Assembly: GCA_964057225.1 (NCBI GenBank)
Contig: OZ059896.1
Location: 11,470,001 to 11,534,000 of the forward strand
Reading direction: 5' to 3'
DNA length: 64,000 nt
Origin: Auanema rhodensis
Taxonomy: Eukaryota; Animalia; Nematoda
The notes below the pieces were generated by a model that was not told the DNA's origin, made no database searches, and saw nothing but the letters and a program-made list of their open reading frames with translations. The translations under genes were made by a program, and so were the position numbers. This document shows positions 10,669-19,981 of the stretch, piece after piece. Positions within the stretch are counted from its first letter, which is position 1. Every line of letters begins with the position of its first letter.

Positions 10669-11316
10669 ATGGTTTTCAGCTTCAAACTACCCAGTCAGAC
10701 AACTGTAATAGGTGCTACCCAATGCGGTAAAACAACCCTCATAAAGCACATATGTGAAAATACTGAAAAGTTTTTCAACGTCCCCATTGATAGAATATTC
10801 TGGTTCAGTCAATGTGGGTCATCGTCAGGTGTACCAATAAATGATGAGCGTTTAATAATTATTCAAGGGCCTCCTGATCCTGATTTGATAAAAGAACAAA
10901 AGGGAGTAAATACTATACTAGTGCTGGATGATTTGATGAACTTTTTTTCATCGAATAAAGCAGCAAAGGAATTACTCAACAACATTTTTACAGTATGGGC
11001 TCATCACTGGAATTTGGCAGTGTTTAATCTTGTGCAAGCGGCATTTCAACTGGACAGGACCAGTCGAATCAATAGTACATATATAATACTGATGAAAAGT
11101 CATTCAGATATATTACAAATACGTAATTGTCTGCAGCAATTATTTGGGCCACGTTTCAAAAATGCTCTAGAGGCGTATGATGATGCAATGTCTACTCCCT
11201 ATAGTCATTTACTGATTGATAATCATCCTTTAACAAGTGAGAAGCAGCGTATACTATCTGATATAACAGCGGAGAACCCTATTGTTTATGTTGCCAGAAA
11301 TGTGTTTAGTGTTTAA
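10669..11316 (+). CDS. A32/FtsK-like genome packaging ATPase
   Basis: Walker A GATQCGKT, Walker B LVLDD, SRINSTY. Confidence 0.92.
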   Translation: MVFSFKLPSQTTVIGATQCGKTTLIKHICENTEKFFNVPIDRIFWFSQCGSSSGVPINDERLIIIQGPPDPDLIKEQKGVNTILVLDDLMNFFSSNKAAKELLNNIFTVWAHHWNLAVFNLVQAAFQLDRTSRINSTYIILMKSHSDILQIRNCLQQLFGPRFKNALEAYDDAMSTPYSHLLIDNHPLTSEKQRILSDITAENPIVYVARNVFSV

Positions 11317-11328
11317 AGTGCTTGTTCA

Positions 11329-11637
11329 ATGAGTGGTCGTATTTTGTCAAATTTCAACTTTTTGTCTTCTTGCGCCAAAACTCCTTGTTCTGTTTCCTCA
11401 TTTTCTTTTGCACAAATTGAAATTATTGTTGAAATTGTATTTAATATTGTGAAAAATAATAATTTTCTTTTAACTAACAAGGAATATAAAACCCTCTTGC
11501 CCATATCTTCATTATTACGTCAAATAGCTTTGATACGCACACCGGAAAAGGCTAAATCATTATTGGCAACGCTTTCACACAAACAATTGAAAACAATAGT
11601 TACATGTGGTATTGCCTATTTTGGTTTTAAATCATGA
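11329..11637 (+). CDS. Conserved Maverick hypothetical protein (102 aa)
   Basis: Conserved in all four copies of this region. Confidence 0.7.
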   Translation: MSGRILSNFNFLSSCAKTPCSVSSFSFAQIEIIVEIVFNIVKNNNFLLTNKEYKTLLPISSLLRQIALIRTPEKAKSLLATLSHKQLKTIVTCGIAYFGFKS

Positions 11638-12350
11638 AGCTCAACCATAAATATCGACTAATTCCTGTCGACGAGGAAACAATTAATATAGACAAGTTTG
11701 ATGCAGAGCTCAAGCTTTTACGAGAAAATAGAGCTATACCCGACTATAAAAAGGCTGAACTATACGAAGACTTGATTGCTCGTCTCAAAAACTATAGAGA
11801 AAGTATAGATGCGCCCATATCAGTACAAGTGGAAAATGTTGATCCACCTCTATTGCCAGAATACAAGTTGCCAAGAAAGTATAACAATTTGTGGGAGAAA
11901 TTTCCAGAGGTGCGCACAAACAAGAATAACCAACTTGTGATTAATAATGAGGCTGTACCAAACACGAATATTACAAAAATTTTAGATTTTGTATTGGATA
12001 AAACAAAAACGGAGCCCAATGGATTTTCAGTCTTGTCAAAGTTTTTAGCCAGTAAAGGCGTACCAAGTTCTAACAAGAAACAAACTAGAAGAGAGTCGGC
12101 TGACAATGATTCAGTTGACGTTGTAACTAGAGCTGAACCGGCTGTTACAGACTTGGACTCTACTATATTACCTAGAACGCCTCGTCATCGTAAAGCTGTT
12201 ATTCGATATTCACCATCACCGGTTCGTACACTCAAAAGTAAAAGGTCAAAGACTTTTGATACTGCCGCCGAATCATATTACACACCACAAGAAGGAGACT
12301 CACAGAATGGCCAAGGTCGTAAAAGGTTCTACATTAGATTATGGAAATGA
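11634..12350 (+). CDS. Conserved Maverick hypothetical protein (238 aa) ending QxGxG...W
   Basis: Conserved between A and B; overlaps the integrase start. Confidence 0.75.
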   Translation: MKLNHKYRLIPVDEETINIDKFDAELKLLRENRAIPDYKKAELYEDLIARLKNYRESIDAPISVQVENVDPPLLPEYKLPRKYNNLWEKFPEVRTNKNNQLVINNEAVPNTNITKILDFVLDKTKTEPNGFSVLSKFLASKGVPSSNKKQTRRESADNDSVDVVTRAEPAVTDLDSTILPRTPRHRKAVIRYSPSPVRTLKSKRSKTFDTAAESYYTPQEGDSQNGQGRKRFYIRLWK

Positions 12351-13374
12351 TATTTTGGCGAGCATTTATTACGATATAAAACACCCAGCTTCATATACAT
12401 CAGCCAAGAATTTATTATCGCAAGCACGAAAACATGGCATTTCAAAGGTACAAGTTGATGATTTTTTGCAAGATTCTGAAACTTTTACACGACATAAACC
12501 AACCAGAATGCGTATGCAGACTAGAAAGACTAGAGGATGTGGTCGATTTCTAACAGTGCAAGCAGATTTGGTTGATATGCAAAAATATAAAAAATTAAAC
12601 GACGGCTATGCTTACATGTTGACCATGATTGATGTTTATACACGCATGTTATATGTTAGGCCTTTGAAAACTAAAGGTGGTATAGAGGTTGCTAGTGCAT
12701 TTGAAAGTTTATTCAAGAATTTTATACCAATTCAGTTGATTACTGATAATGGCACAGAGTTTTATAATAGTCATTGTGAAAAACTATTCAAAAAGTTTGC
12801 CATACTGCACGGATCTACAAGTTCACCACAAAAGGCTGCAATGGTGGAGCGAGCAAATAGAACTTTAAAAACACGCATGATGAAATATCTCTATTACAAG
12901 AATAATCATCGTTGGATTGATATCCTAGATGATTTGGTTGAAGGAATAAACAAATCTTATAACCGCTCTATAAAAATGCGGCCCATTGATGTTAAAGCAA
13001 ATATATTCATTGAAGAATATGCACCAGCTGTTAAAAGCCGCTTTAAAATTGGTGATACTGTTCGCATAAGCAAAAATCGGCGTACTTTTGAAAAAAGCTA
13101 CGAGTCTGGATATACAATGGAGCTGTTCACAATTGATGAGGTTGTAACCGGAAACCCAACCGTGTATAAACTTGTAGATTATAATGGTGAACGTATAAAG
13201 GGAATATTCTACGAACCTGAACTTGTCTTGGCTACTAATAAAAGCAACCAGTACTATATAGAAAAAGTTTTAAAAGAGCGTACTCGAAGCGGTAAACGTC
13301 AAGTATTTGTAAAATGGAGTGGATATCCCGACAACTTTAATGAATGGATAGATGCAGAAAATTTAAATGTATAA
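12307..13374 (+). CDS. RVE (DDE) integrase with C-terminal chromodomain
   Basis: QADLVD, TDNGTEF, VERANRTLK; chromodomain YYIEKVL...VKWSGYPDNFNEWI. Confidence 0.95.
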   Translation: MAKVVKGSTLDYGNDILASIYYDIKHPASYTSAKNLLSQARKHGISKVQVDDFLQDSETFTRHKPTRMRMQTRKTRGCGRFLTVQADLVDMQKYKKLNDGYAYMLTMIDVYTRMLYVRPLKTKGGIEVASAFESLFKNFIPIQLITDNGTEFYNSHCEKLFKKFAILHGSTSSPQKAAMVERANRTLKTRMMKYLYYKNNHRWIDILDDLVEGINKSYNRSIKMRPIDVKANIFIEEYAPAVKSRFKIGDTVRISKNRRTFEKSYESGYTMELFTIDEVVTGNPTVYKLVDYNGERIKGIFYEPELVLATNKSNQYYIEKVLKERTRSGKRQVFVKWSGYPDNFNEWIDAENLNV

Positions 13375-13668
13375 TTTTTCAATGTTATAAACAATTGTAA
13401 TTATAATAAATGATTTATTTGATATATCGCATAATGTAACAATAAAAAACCAGCAAAATACAAACAACAATTCAACCTGGAAAAAAAAATGTAGACTATT
13501 CAAATTTTCAAATTCTTACCAGTTGGTTGATCATTCGTCCTCAATTGATGAGCCATTGATGGATATTCGCAAGAGCTGGAAAAAAAAAATGTTACGGCTG
13601 AGAATATAAAAATGCCACATAACAAAACAAGAATAAAACGCCAATTGTACTATTTGTGCTTGTTGTAG

Positions 13669-14255
13669 TCAAAATGAAGGATCAAAGCGGATAAACATGT
13701 TCAGGTTGAGTGCTTCTGGACTTAGTTTAAAGTAGAATACATTCTGCTTATAACCAAAAGTCTTTATAGTAGCCTCATCTGCATATATAACAATATAGCC
13801 CATATTGTTCAACAATTGCTTGCACGTCATGGTGTTATAAGAGCGCATCTAAAAATAATTATAAAATTGAAAATAAATAAATATGCAAGCTTACATTAAT
13901 AGAGAACTTTTCGGGCTTATAGTGACGAAATTCCTTCAAAAGACCCAACGCATCATTCCTTCCTCTACACTTTATACAGAGGCTGAAACAGTGATACTCG
14001 TCTATAACCTGCAATGATTCCCTACAAGTTTTGCAGAGACAAATTGGTCTCATTAATACACTCCTTGGTGGAGTGCTCTCTCTCAGAATCTCCATCTGCT
14101 TTATTGGTGAATCTAAATTAAAGATTTAAAAAATACAAGTTAAGGTTCATACCAAAACTTGTAAAATTTGGTGCTGGTGTGGGTGGTCGTGGTACTTCAG
14201 GTTCAGGCGATTTGCGCACCACATTTGTCACATCAGCAAGTACAGCACGCTTCAT
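13669..14255 (-). CDS. Spliced accessory gene (3 exons): N-terminal D-box, Pro/SP/TP-rich linker, Cys-rich domain
   Basis: Exons 14255-14153, 14112-13895 and 13848-13669 in phase; same structure in A2, B1 and B2; TATAAAAG about 160 nt upstream. Confidence 0.78.
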
Positions 14256-14889
14256 TTCCGCTAAAGATCCAACTTTCTAAAATATAAGGCAAACTTGCAG
14301 AGAGGAGCAGTCTATGGCGATTGGCAAAGAGTGGCAGGAGATGGTGAAACGTCGGATCCTCGGATAGTTGGCAGAGCTGAAATGTAAATGTAGCAAAATT
14401 GCCAACCTTTTATACAAAGATTTTTGTAAAGTACAACCCATTGTGTTACAATCAAGTTTGCTGATGAAATTCTCTTATTAATTAGATTTTACAGCATATT
14501 TATGCAGATATACTCATCTTATCGACAGTTGCCAGCAGTTGGCGCACTCTGAACCTGTAAACAATCTGCATATTAATTAGTTTTTACATCTCTTTAAACA
14601 TTATTGTTTACCGTTTGTGCCATAAACAACAGCCATCTCTGTAAAACATTTAGGCTTTTTAAACTTTGCTTAATAGCTCATATATTATTCATAGTATACT
14701 TTTGCACCCATATTGTACCACAAAACATATGACTGCCAACGTTTTATATGTGAAAAATATTTCATTCTTTAATATTTACCAATGATTATATTACGAAACT
14801 AAAACTTTTGAAATGTTAAAATGATTATCCTATATTTAGACCCCCACAGTGCAGTTATTACTGTTTATTAACCATCGATATGCGTGGCG

Positions 14890-15796
14890 TTGAGGTCAGC
14901 GCAACTGTTTGTTAATCTTATTGTATTTACCTTCAATGTGTGCTCTATTTAGTTATTGTATTGTTATATTAGTAAAATAAAGTTTAAAACTAATCTTTTA
15001 TTATAATTTGAAACTTTTACTTGTTAGAATAAATATAATTAATAACGATTTGTAATTTCAAAAATTAATAATTTAATGTCGTTCTTATCGAATTAACTTT
15101 CGATATGTGTTCCATTAAATTTTGTATTTCATATCGTTCTTATCGAATTAACCTTCGATATGTGTTCCATTGAATTACCCATAACAAGTACGGTGAACAA
15201 AACGATATACATGCAAAAATTTTACTGTTCTTTAAAATAAAAACAATACAAACACAATACAATAAAAAATAAACAAATCAAGTAAACAAACATTATTAAT
15301 AAATTTAATAAATAAATAAAATTTAAAAAACAAATTTACATATTTAAATATTTAAATATTTAAATATAATTTATATATAAAATTTAAAGTTTAAATAAAA
15401 TTTATATATATAAAATTTAAATATAATTTAAATATTTAAAGTTTAAATATAATTTATATATATAAAATTTAAATATAATTTAAATATTTAAAATTAAGAT
15501 TTTTATTTTTACTTAATATATTTAAAAATAATTAAAAATATATACATACATTTAAAAGCATATTTAAATTTGATTTAAAAAAAAAAATCATGCTTTAAAT
15601 CATGATTTTTAAATTTAAAAAAGGAGAATCCATGAACCATGATCCCAAAATATGATTTTAACAGCTGACGCTCAAAAATATGTTTTTGACAGCTGACGCT
15701 CCCCAAAAGTATGTTTTTAGCAGCTGACGCCCCCAAAAGTATGTTTTTGACAGCTGTTTGGGGGCGTGGTTAGTAAATTTTGCACGGCTCTCTACT
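14890..15796 (-). repeat. A1 right terminal inverted repeat (2 palindrome units)
   Basis: Reverse complement of 140-1156. Confidence 0.93.
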
Positions 15797-15802
15797 AATA
15801 AG

Positions 15803-16284
15803 AGCCGCTTACTTGTTACAAACTCTATGCGTTGTAGTGTTTTGTTAAACCGAAACGTGGCGTCTGCCAGCATTTCCTTGACAAGTTTAGCCTCAGCTTG
15901 TCGATTATTATACCACTTTTTCACATCTTCATCTTTATCTATTAAACCCTTTATACGTGCTTCTTCCTCAGCTCCAAGAGGTTTAGTGCTGCTAGCAATA
16001 AATTGTTCTTTTCCAGCATTGATTCCGCGTATTATTTCATCACCATTTGCATAGTTACCTTTGGGCAAGTGCAGAATAAACTTTCTGTTGGAAAAACGTA
16101 GTGTATAAGAAAGATTTTCTTGTACATTTAATATCGAACACGGAAAAATTATGTCTGTCAGCCCAATGCAATATCTGTTATTGCGTAGCCTTAATGTTTC
16201 AGGTAACCTGGTAAGAAACACTGATGAGGTATTACTTTTTTCAGAGTCAACTGATGACGGCAAAGTAATGTAAAAGTCATCCAT
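15803..16284 (-). pseudogene. 5' part of the B1 penton gene, disrupted by A1
   Basis: Same protein sequence as the B2 penton up to KRLLL, then reads into the A1 TIR. Confidence 0.92.
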
Positions 16285-16363
16285 CACAGACCACCACCTG
16301 ATGCGTGCGCACTAGTATAAATGAAATCATTTGCATTATAGGTACATTTACGAGTGGTTGATT

Positions 16364-17011
16364 ATGGTTTTCAGCTTCAAACTACCCAGTCAGACAACTG
16401 TAATAGGGGCAACGCAATGTGGTAAAACTACCCTTATAAAACGTATATGTGAAAATACTGAAAAGTTTTTCAACGTCCCCATTGATAGAATATTCTGGTT
16501 CAGTCAATGTGGAGCATCGTCAGGTGTTCCATTAAATGATGAGCGTTTAATAGTAATTCAAGGACCACCTGATCCGGATATAATAAAAGAGCAAAAGGGA
16601 ATAAACACCATACTAGTGCTGGATGATTTGATGAATTTTTTCTCATCGAATAAAGCGGCTAAAGAATTACTCAACAACATTTTTACAGTGTGGGCACATC
16701 ACTGGAATTTGGCAGTGTTTAATCTTGTGCAAGCTGCATTTCAGCTAGACAGGACCAGTCGAATTAATAGTACATATATAATACTGATGAAAAGTCATTC
16801 GGATATATTACAAATACGTAATTGTCTGCAACAATTATTTGGCCCCCGCTTTAAAAATGCTCTAGAAGCATATGATGATGCAATGTCTACACCCTATAGT
16901 CATTTACTGATTGACAACCATCCTTTAACAAATGAGAAACAGCGTATACTATCAGATATAACAGCGGAGCACCCTATTGTTTATGTAGCCAGAAATATAT
17001 TCAGTGTTTAA
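16364..17011 (+). CDS. B1 packaging ATPase
   Basis: Walker A and B; identical protein to B2. Confidence 0.92.
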   Translation: MVFSFKLPSQTTVIGATQCGKTTLIKRICENTEKFFNVPIDRIFWFSQCGASSGVPLNDERLIVIQGPPDPDIIKEQKGINTILVLDDLMNFFSSNKAAKELLNNIFTVWAHHWNLAVFNLVQAAFQLDRTSRINSTYIILMKSHSDILQIRNCLQQLFGPRFKNALEAYDDAMSTPYSHLLIDNHPLTNEKQRILSDITAEHPIVYVARNIFSV

Positions 17012-17023
17012 TGTGCATGTTCA

Positions 17024-17332
17024 ATGAGTGGTCGTATTTTGTCAAATTACAACTTTTTATCTTCTTGTGCCAAAACCCCTTGTTCTGTTTCCTCATTTTC
17101 TTTTTCACAAATTGAAATTATTGTTGAAATTGTATTTAATATTGTGAAAAATAATAATTTTCTCTTAACTAACAAGGAATATAAAACCCTTTTGCCCATA
17201 TCCTCATTATTACGTCAAATAGCTTTGATACGCACACCCGAAAAGGCTAAAACTTTATTGGCAACGATTTCACACAAACAATTGAAAACAATAGTTTCAT
17301 GTGGAATTGCTTATTTTGGTTTTAAAAGATGA
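17024..17332 (+). CDS. B1 hypothetical protein (102 aa)
   Basis: Homolog of 11329-11637. Confidence 0.7.
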   Translation: MSGRILSNYNFLSSCAKTPCSVSSFSFSQIEIIVEIVFNIVKNNNFLLTNKEYKTLLPISSLLRQIALIRTPEKAKTLLATISHKQLKTIVSCGIAYFGFKR

Positions 17333-18066
17333 AACTCAATCATAAATATCGTCTAATCCCTGTGGATGATGAAACGCTGAATATAGACAAGTTTGATGCT
17401 GAATTGAAGCTCTTACGAGAGAATAAATCTATACCCGATTATAAAAAGGCTGAACTATACGAAGACTTGATTACCCGTCTCAAAAACTATAGAGAAAGCA
17501 TAGATGCGCCTATATCAGTACAAGTGGAAAATGCTGATCCACCATTATTGCCAGAATACAAGCTGCCACGAAAGTATAACGATCTGTGGGAACGATTTCC
17601 AGAGGTGCGTACAAACAAAAATAACCAACTTGTGATTAATAATGAGCCCGTACCAAACACAAATATTACAAAAATTTTGGATTTTGTACTGGATAAAACA
17701 AAAACGGAACCCAATGGATTCTCAGTATTAGCCAAATTCTTAGCCAGTAATGGGGTCTCTAGCCCTAACAAGAAGGCAAAAAATGTAGAGCCTGCCGTCA
17801 GTAACAAGGATTCAGTTGATCCCGTGCCTACATCCACATCGGCTGTCACAGACTTGGATGCTACTATTAATATATTACCTAGAACACCACGTCATCGTAA
17901 GGCTGTTATTCGATATTCACCCTCTCCGCGTCGTACATTCAAATCCAAAGCTATAAATAAAAAGGCAAAACCCGCTGACACTGGTGAATCATATTACACA
18001 CCTCAGGCGGGAGAAACACAGAATGGCAAAGGCCGTAAACGATTCTACATTAGATTATGGAAGTAA
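17329..18066 (+). CDS. B1 hypothetical protein (245 aa)
   Basis: Homolog of 11634-12350. Confidence 0.75.
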   Translation: MKLNHKYRLIPVDDETLNIDKFDAELKLLRENKSIPDYKKAELYEDLITRLKNYRESIDAPISVQVENADPPLLPEYKLPRKYNDLWERFPEVRTNKNNQLVINNEPVPNTNITKILDFVLDKTKTEPNGFSVLAKFLASNGVSSPNKKAKNVEPAVSNKDSVDPVPTSTSAVTDLDATINILPRTPRHRKAVIRYSPSPRRTFKSKAINKKAKPADTGESYYTPQAGETQNGKGRKRFYIRLWK

Positions 18067-19090
18067 TGTTTTGGAGAACATTTATTATAATATTAAGCAT
18101 CCAGCTTCTTATACGTCTGCCAAAAATCTATTATTGGAAGCGCGAAAGCATGGCATTGCAAAAGCACAAGTTGAAAGTTTTTTGCAAGACTCTGAAACTT
18201 TTACACGTCATAAACCAACCAGACTGCATATGCAGACTAAAAAGACTAGAGGCTGTGGTCGATTCCTAACAATGCAAGCAGATTTGGTTGATATGCAAAA
18301 ATATAAAAAATCAAATGACGGCTATGCTTACATGTTGACCATGATTGATGTTTATACACGCATGTTATATGTTAGGCCTTTGAAAACTAAAGGTGGTTTA
18401 GAGGTTGCTACTGCATTTGAAAATGTATTCAAGGATTTTATACCAATCCAACTAATAACGGATAACGGTGCAGAGTTTTATAATAGTCATTGTGAAAAAC
18501 TATTCAAAAAATTTGCCATACTGCATGGATCAACAAGTTCACCACAAAAGGCGGCAATGGTGGAGCGAGCAAATAGAACTTTAAAAACGCGCATGATGAA
18601 ATATCTCTATTACAAGAATAATCATCGATGGATTGATATACTAGATGACTTGGTCGAAGGAATAAACAAATCTTATAATCGGTCGATTAAAATGCGCCCC
18701 GTAGATGTTACAGCAAATATATTCGTTGAAGAATATGCACCAGCTGTTCGCAACCGATTCAAAATTGGTGATAATGTTCGCATAAGCAAGAACAGGCGTA
18801 CTTTTGAAAAAAGTTACGAGTCTGGATATACAATGGAACTATTCACAATTGATGAGATTGTAGCCGGGAACCCAACCGTGTATAAACTTGTAGATTATAA
18901 TGGTGAACGTATAAAGGGAATATTCTATGAGCCTGAACTTGTGTTGGCTACTAATAAAAGCAACCAGTACTATATTGAGAAAGTTTTGAAAGAGCGTACA
19001 CGAAATGGTAAACGCCAAGTGTTTGTAAAATGGAGTGGCTATCCCGACAACTTTAATGAATGGATAGATGCAGAAAATTTAAATGTATAA
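18023..19090 (+). CDS. B1 RVE integrase with chromodomain
   Basis: DDE motifs and chromodomain. Confidence 0.95.
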   Translation: MAKAVNDSTLDYGSNVLENIYYNIKHPASYTSAKNLLLEARKHGIAKAQVESFLQDSETFTRHKPTRLHMQTKKTRGCGRFLTMQADLVDMQKYKKSNDGYAYMLTMIDVYTRMLYVRPLKTKGGLEVATAFENVFKDFIPIQLITDNGAEFYNSHCEKLFKKFAILHGSTSSPQKAAMVERANRTLKTRMMKYLYYKNNHRWIDILDDLVEGINKSYNRSIKMRPVDVTANIFVEEYAPAVRNRFKIGDNVRISKNRRTFEKSYESGYTMELFTIDEIVAGNPTVYKLVDYNGERIKGIFYEPELVLATNKSNQYYIEKVLKERTRNGKRQVFVKWSGYPDNFNEWIDAENLNV

Positions 19091-19387
19091 TTTTTCACTG
19101 TTGTTGTAAACAATTGTATTAATAATAAATGATTTATTTGATCAATCGTTCATATTGTAACAATAAAAACCAGCAAAACATAAAAGCCAAGACAATGATA
19201 TAACCTATAATTATAAACTGATTAATATTTAAATTTTTAATGCTTACCAGTTGGTTAGAGAGTCGGCTGTTGATGGATAATTTCAAACTTCGAAAGCTGG
19301 AAAAAAAAAATGTTACGGCTAAGAAAATTTAAATATAACATAACAAAATCAACCAACTGTCCATTAAACAGTTTGTGCTTGTTGTAG

Positions 19388-19981
19388 TCAAAACGATGGA
19401 TCAAAACGGATAAGCATATTCAAGTTGAGCGCCTGTTGACTTAATTTAAAGTAGAACACATTCTGCTTATAACCAAAAGACTTGACAGTTGACTCATCAG
19501 TATAAATGGCAATGTAACCCATATTATTCAACAATTGTTTTGATGACATGCTAGAATAGGAACGCATCTGTAAAAGAAAAAATAATAATTAGAATTAATA
19601 ATTTTATAATCTCACATTGATTGTTGAATTTTCAGGTTTATAATGACGGAAAACTTTTAAAAGCCCTAAGGCATCATTCCTCGCTCTACACTTGACACAG
19701 AGGCTGAAACAGTGGTACTCGTCTACGACTTGCAATGTATCCCTACAAGTTTTGCAGAGACATATTGGTCTCATAACTACAGGCTGTTGTGGAGAGCTAT
19801 CCTTTGAGATTTGTACCTGCTTTTTTGGTGTGTCTAAACAAAAAATAATTAATAACAAAAATAAAACCTTACCAAAGAATGTGGCAGCAAAGTTGGGTCC
19901 TGGTGTGGGTGGTCTTGGAACATCCGGTTCCGGTGTCGAAGGTACAATATTCTCTACATCAACAAGAGCGGAACGCTTCAT
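19388..19981 (-). CDS. B1 spliced D-box/Cys-rich accessory gene
   Basis: Reverse complement of 27228-27821. Confidence 0.78.

Larger units (their letters stand above)
140..15796 (+). mobile_element. Maverick/Polinton A1, full length (15,657 bp)
   Basis: Termini AGTAGAGAGCC...GGCTCTCTACT, about 1-kb TIRs, 6-bp TSD AATAAG (134-139, 15797-15802). Encodes pPolB, major and minor capsid, protease, ATPase and integrase. Confidence 0.97.

Noticed and set aside
13660-13671. TGA-CTA stop readthrough of the accessory gene
   Set aside because: The context is permissive, but the extension differs in length and sequence between A and B.
140-15796. Fusogen or toxin-antidote cargo inside the complete Mavericks
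   Set aside because: No unexplained space or ORF with such features in A1 or B2.
15658-15802. Novel C-terminus on the 209-aa penton ORF, and similar junction ORFs at 22254, 25541 and 42130
   Set aside because: Read-through across insertion junctions into TIR sequence.
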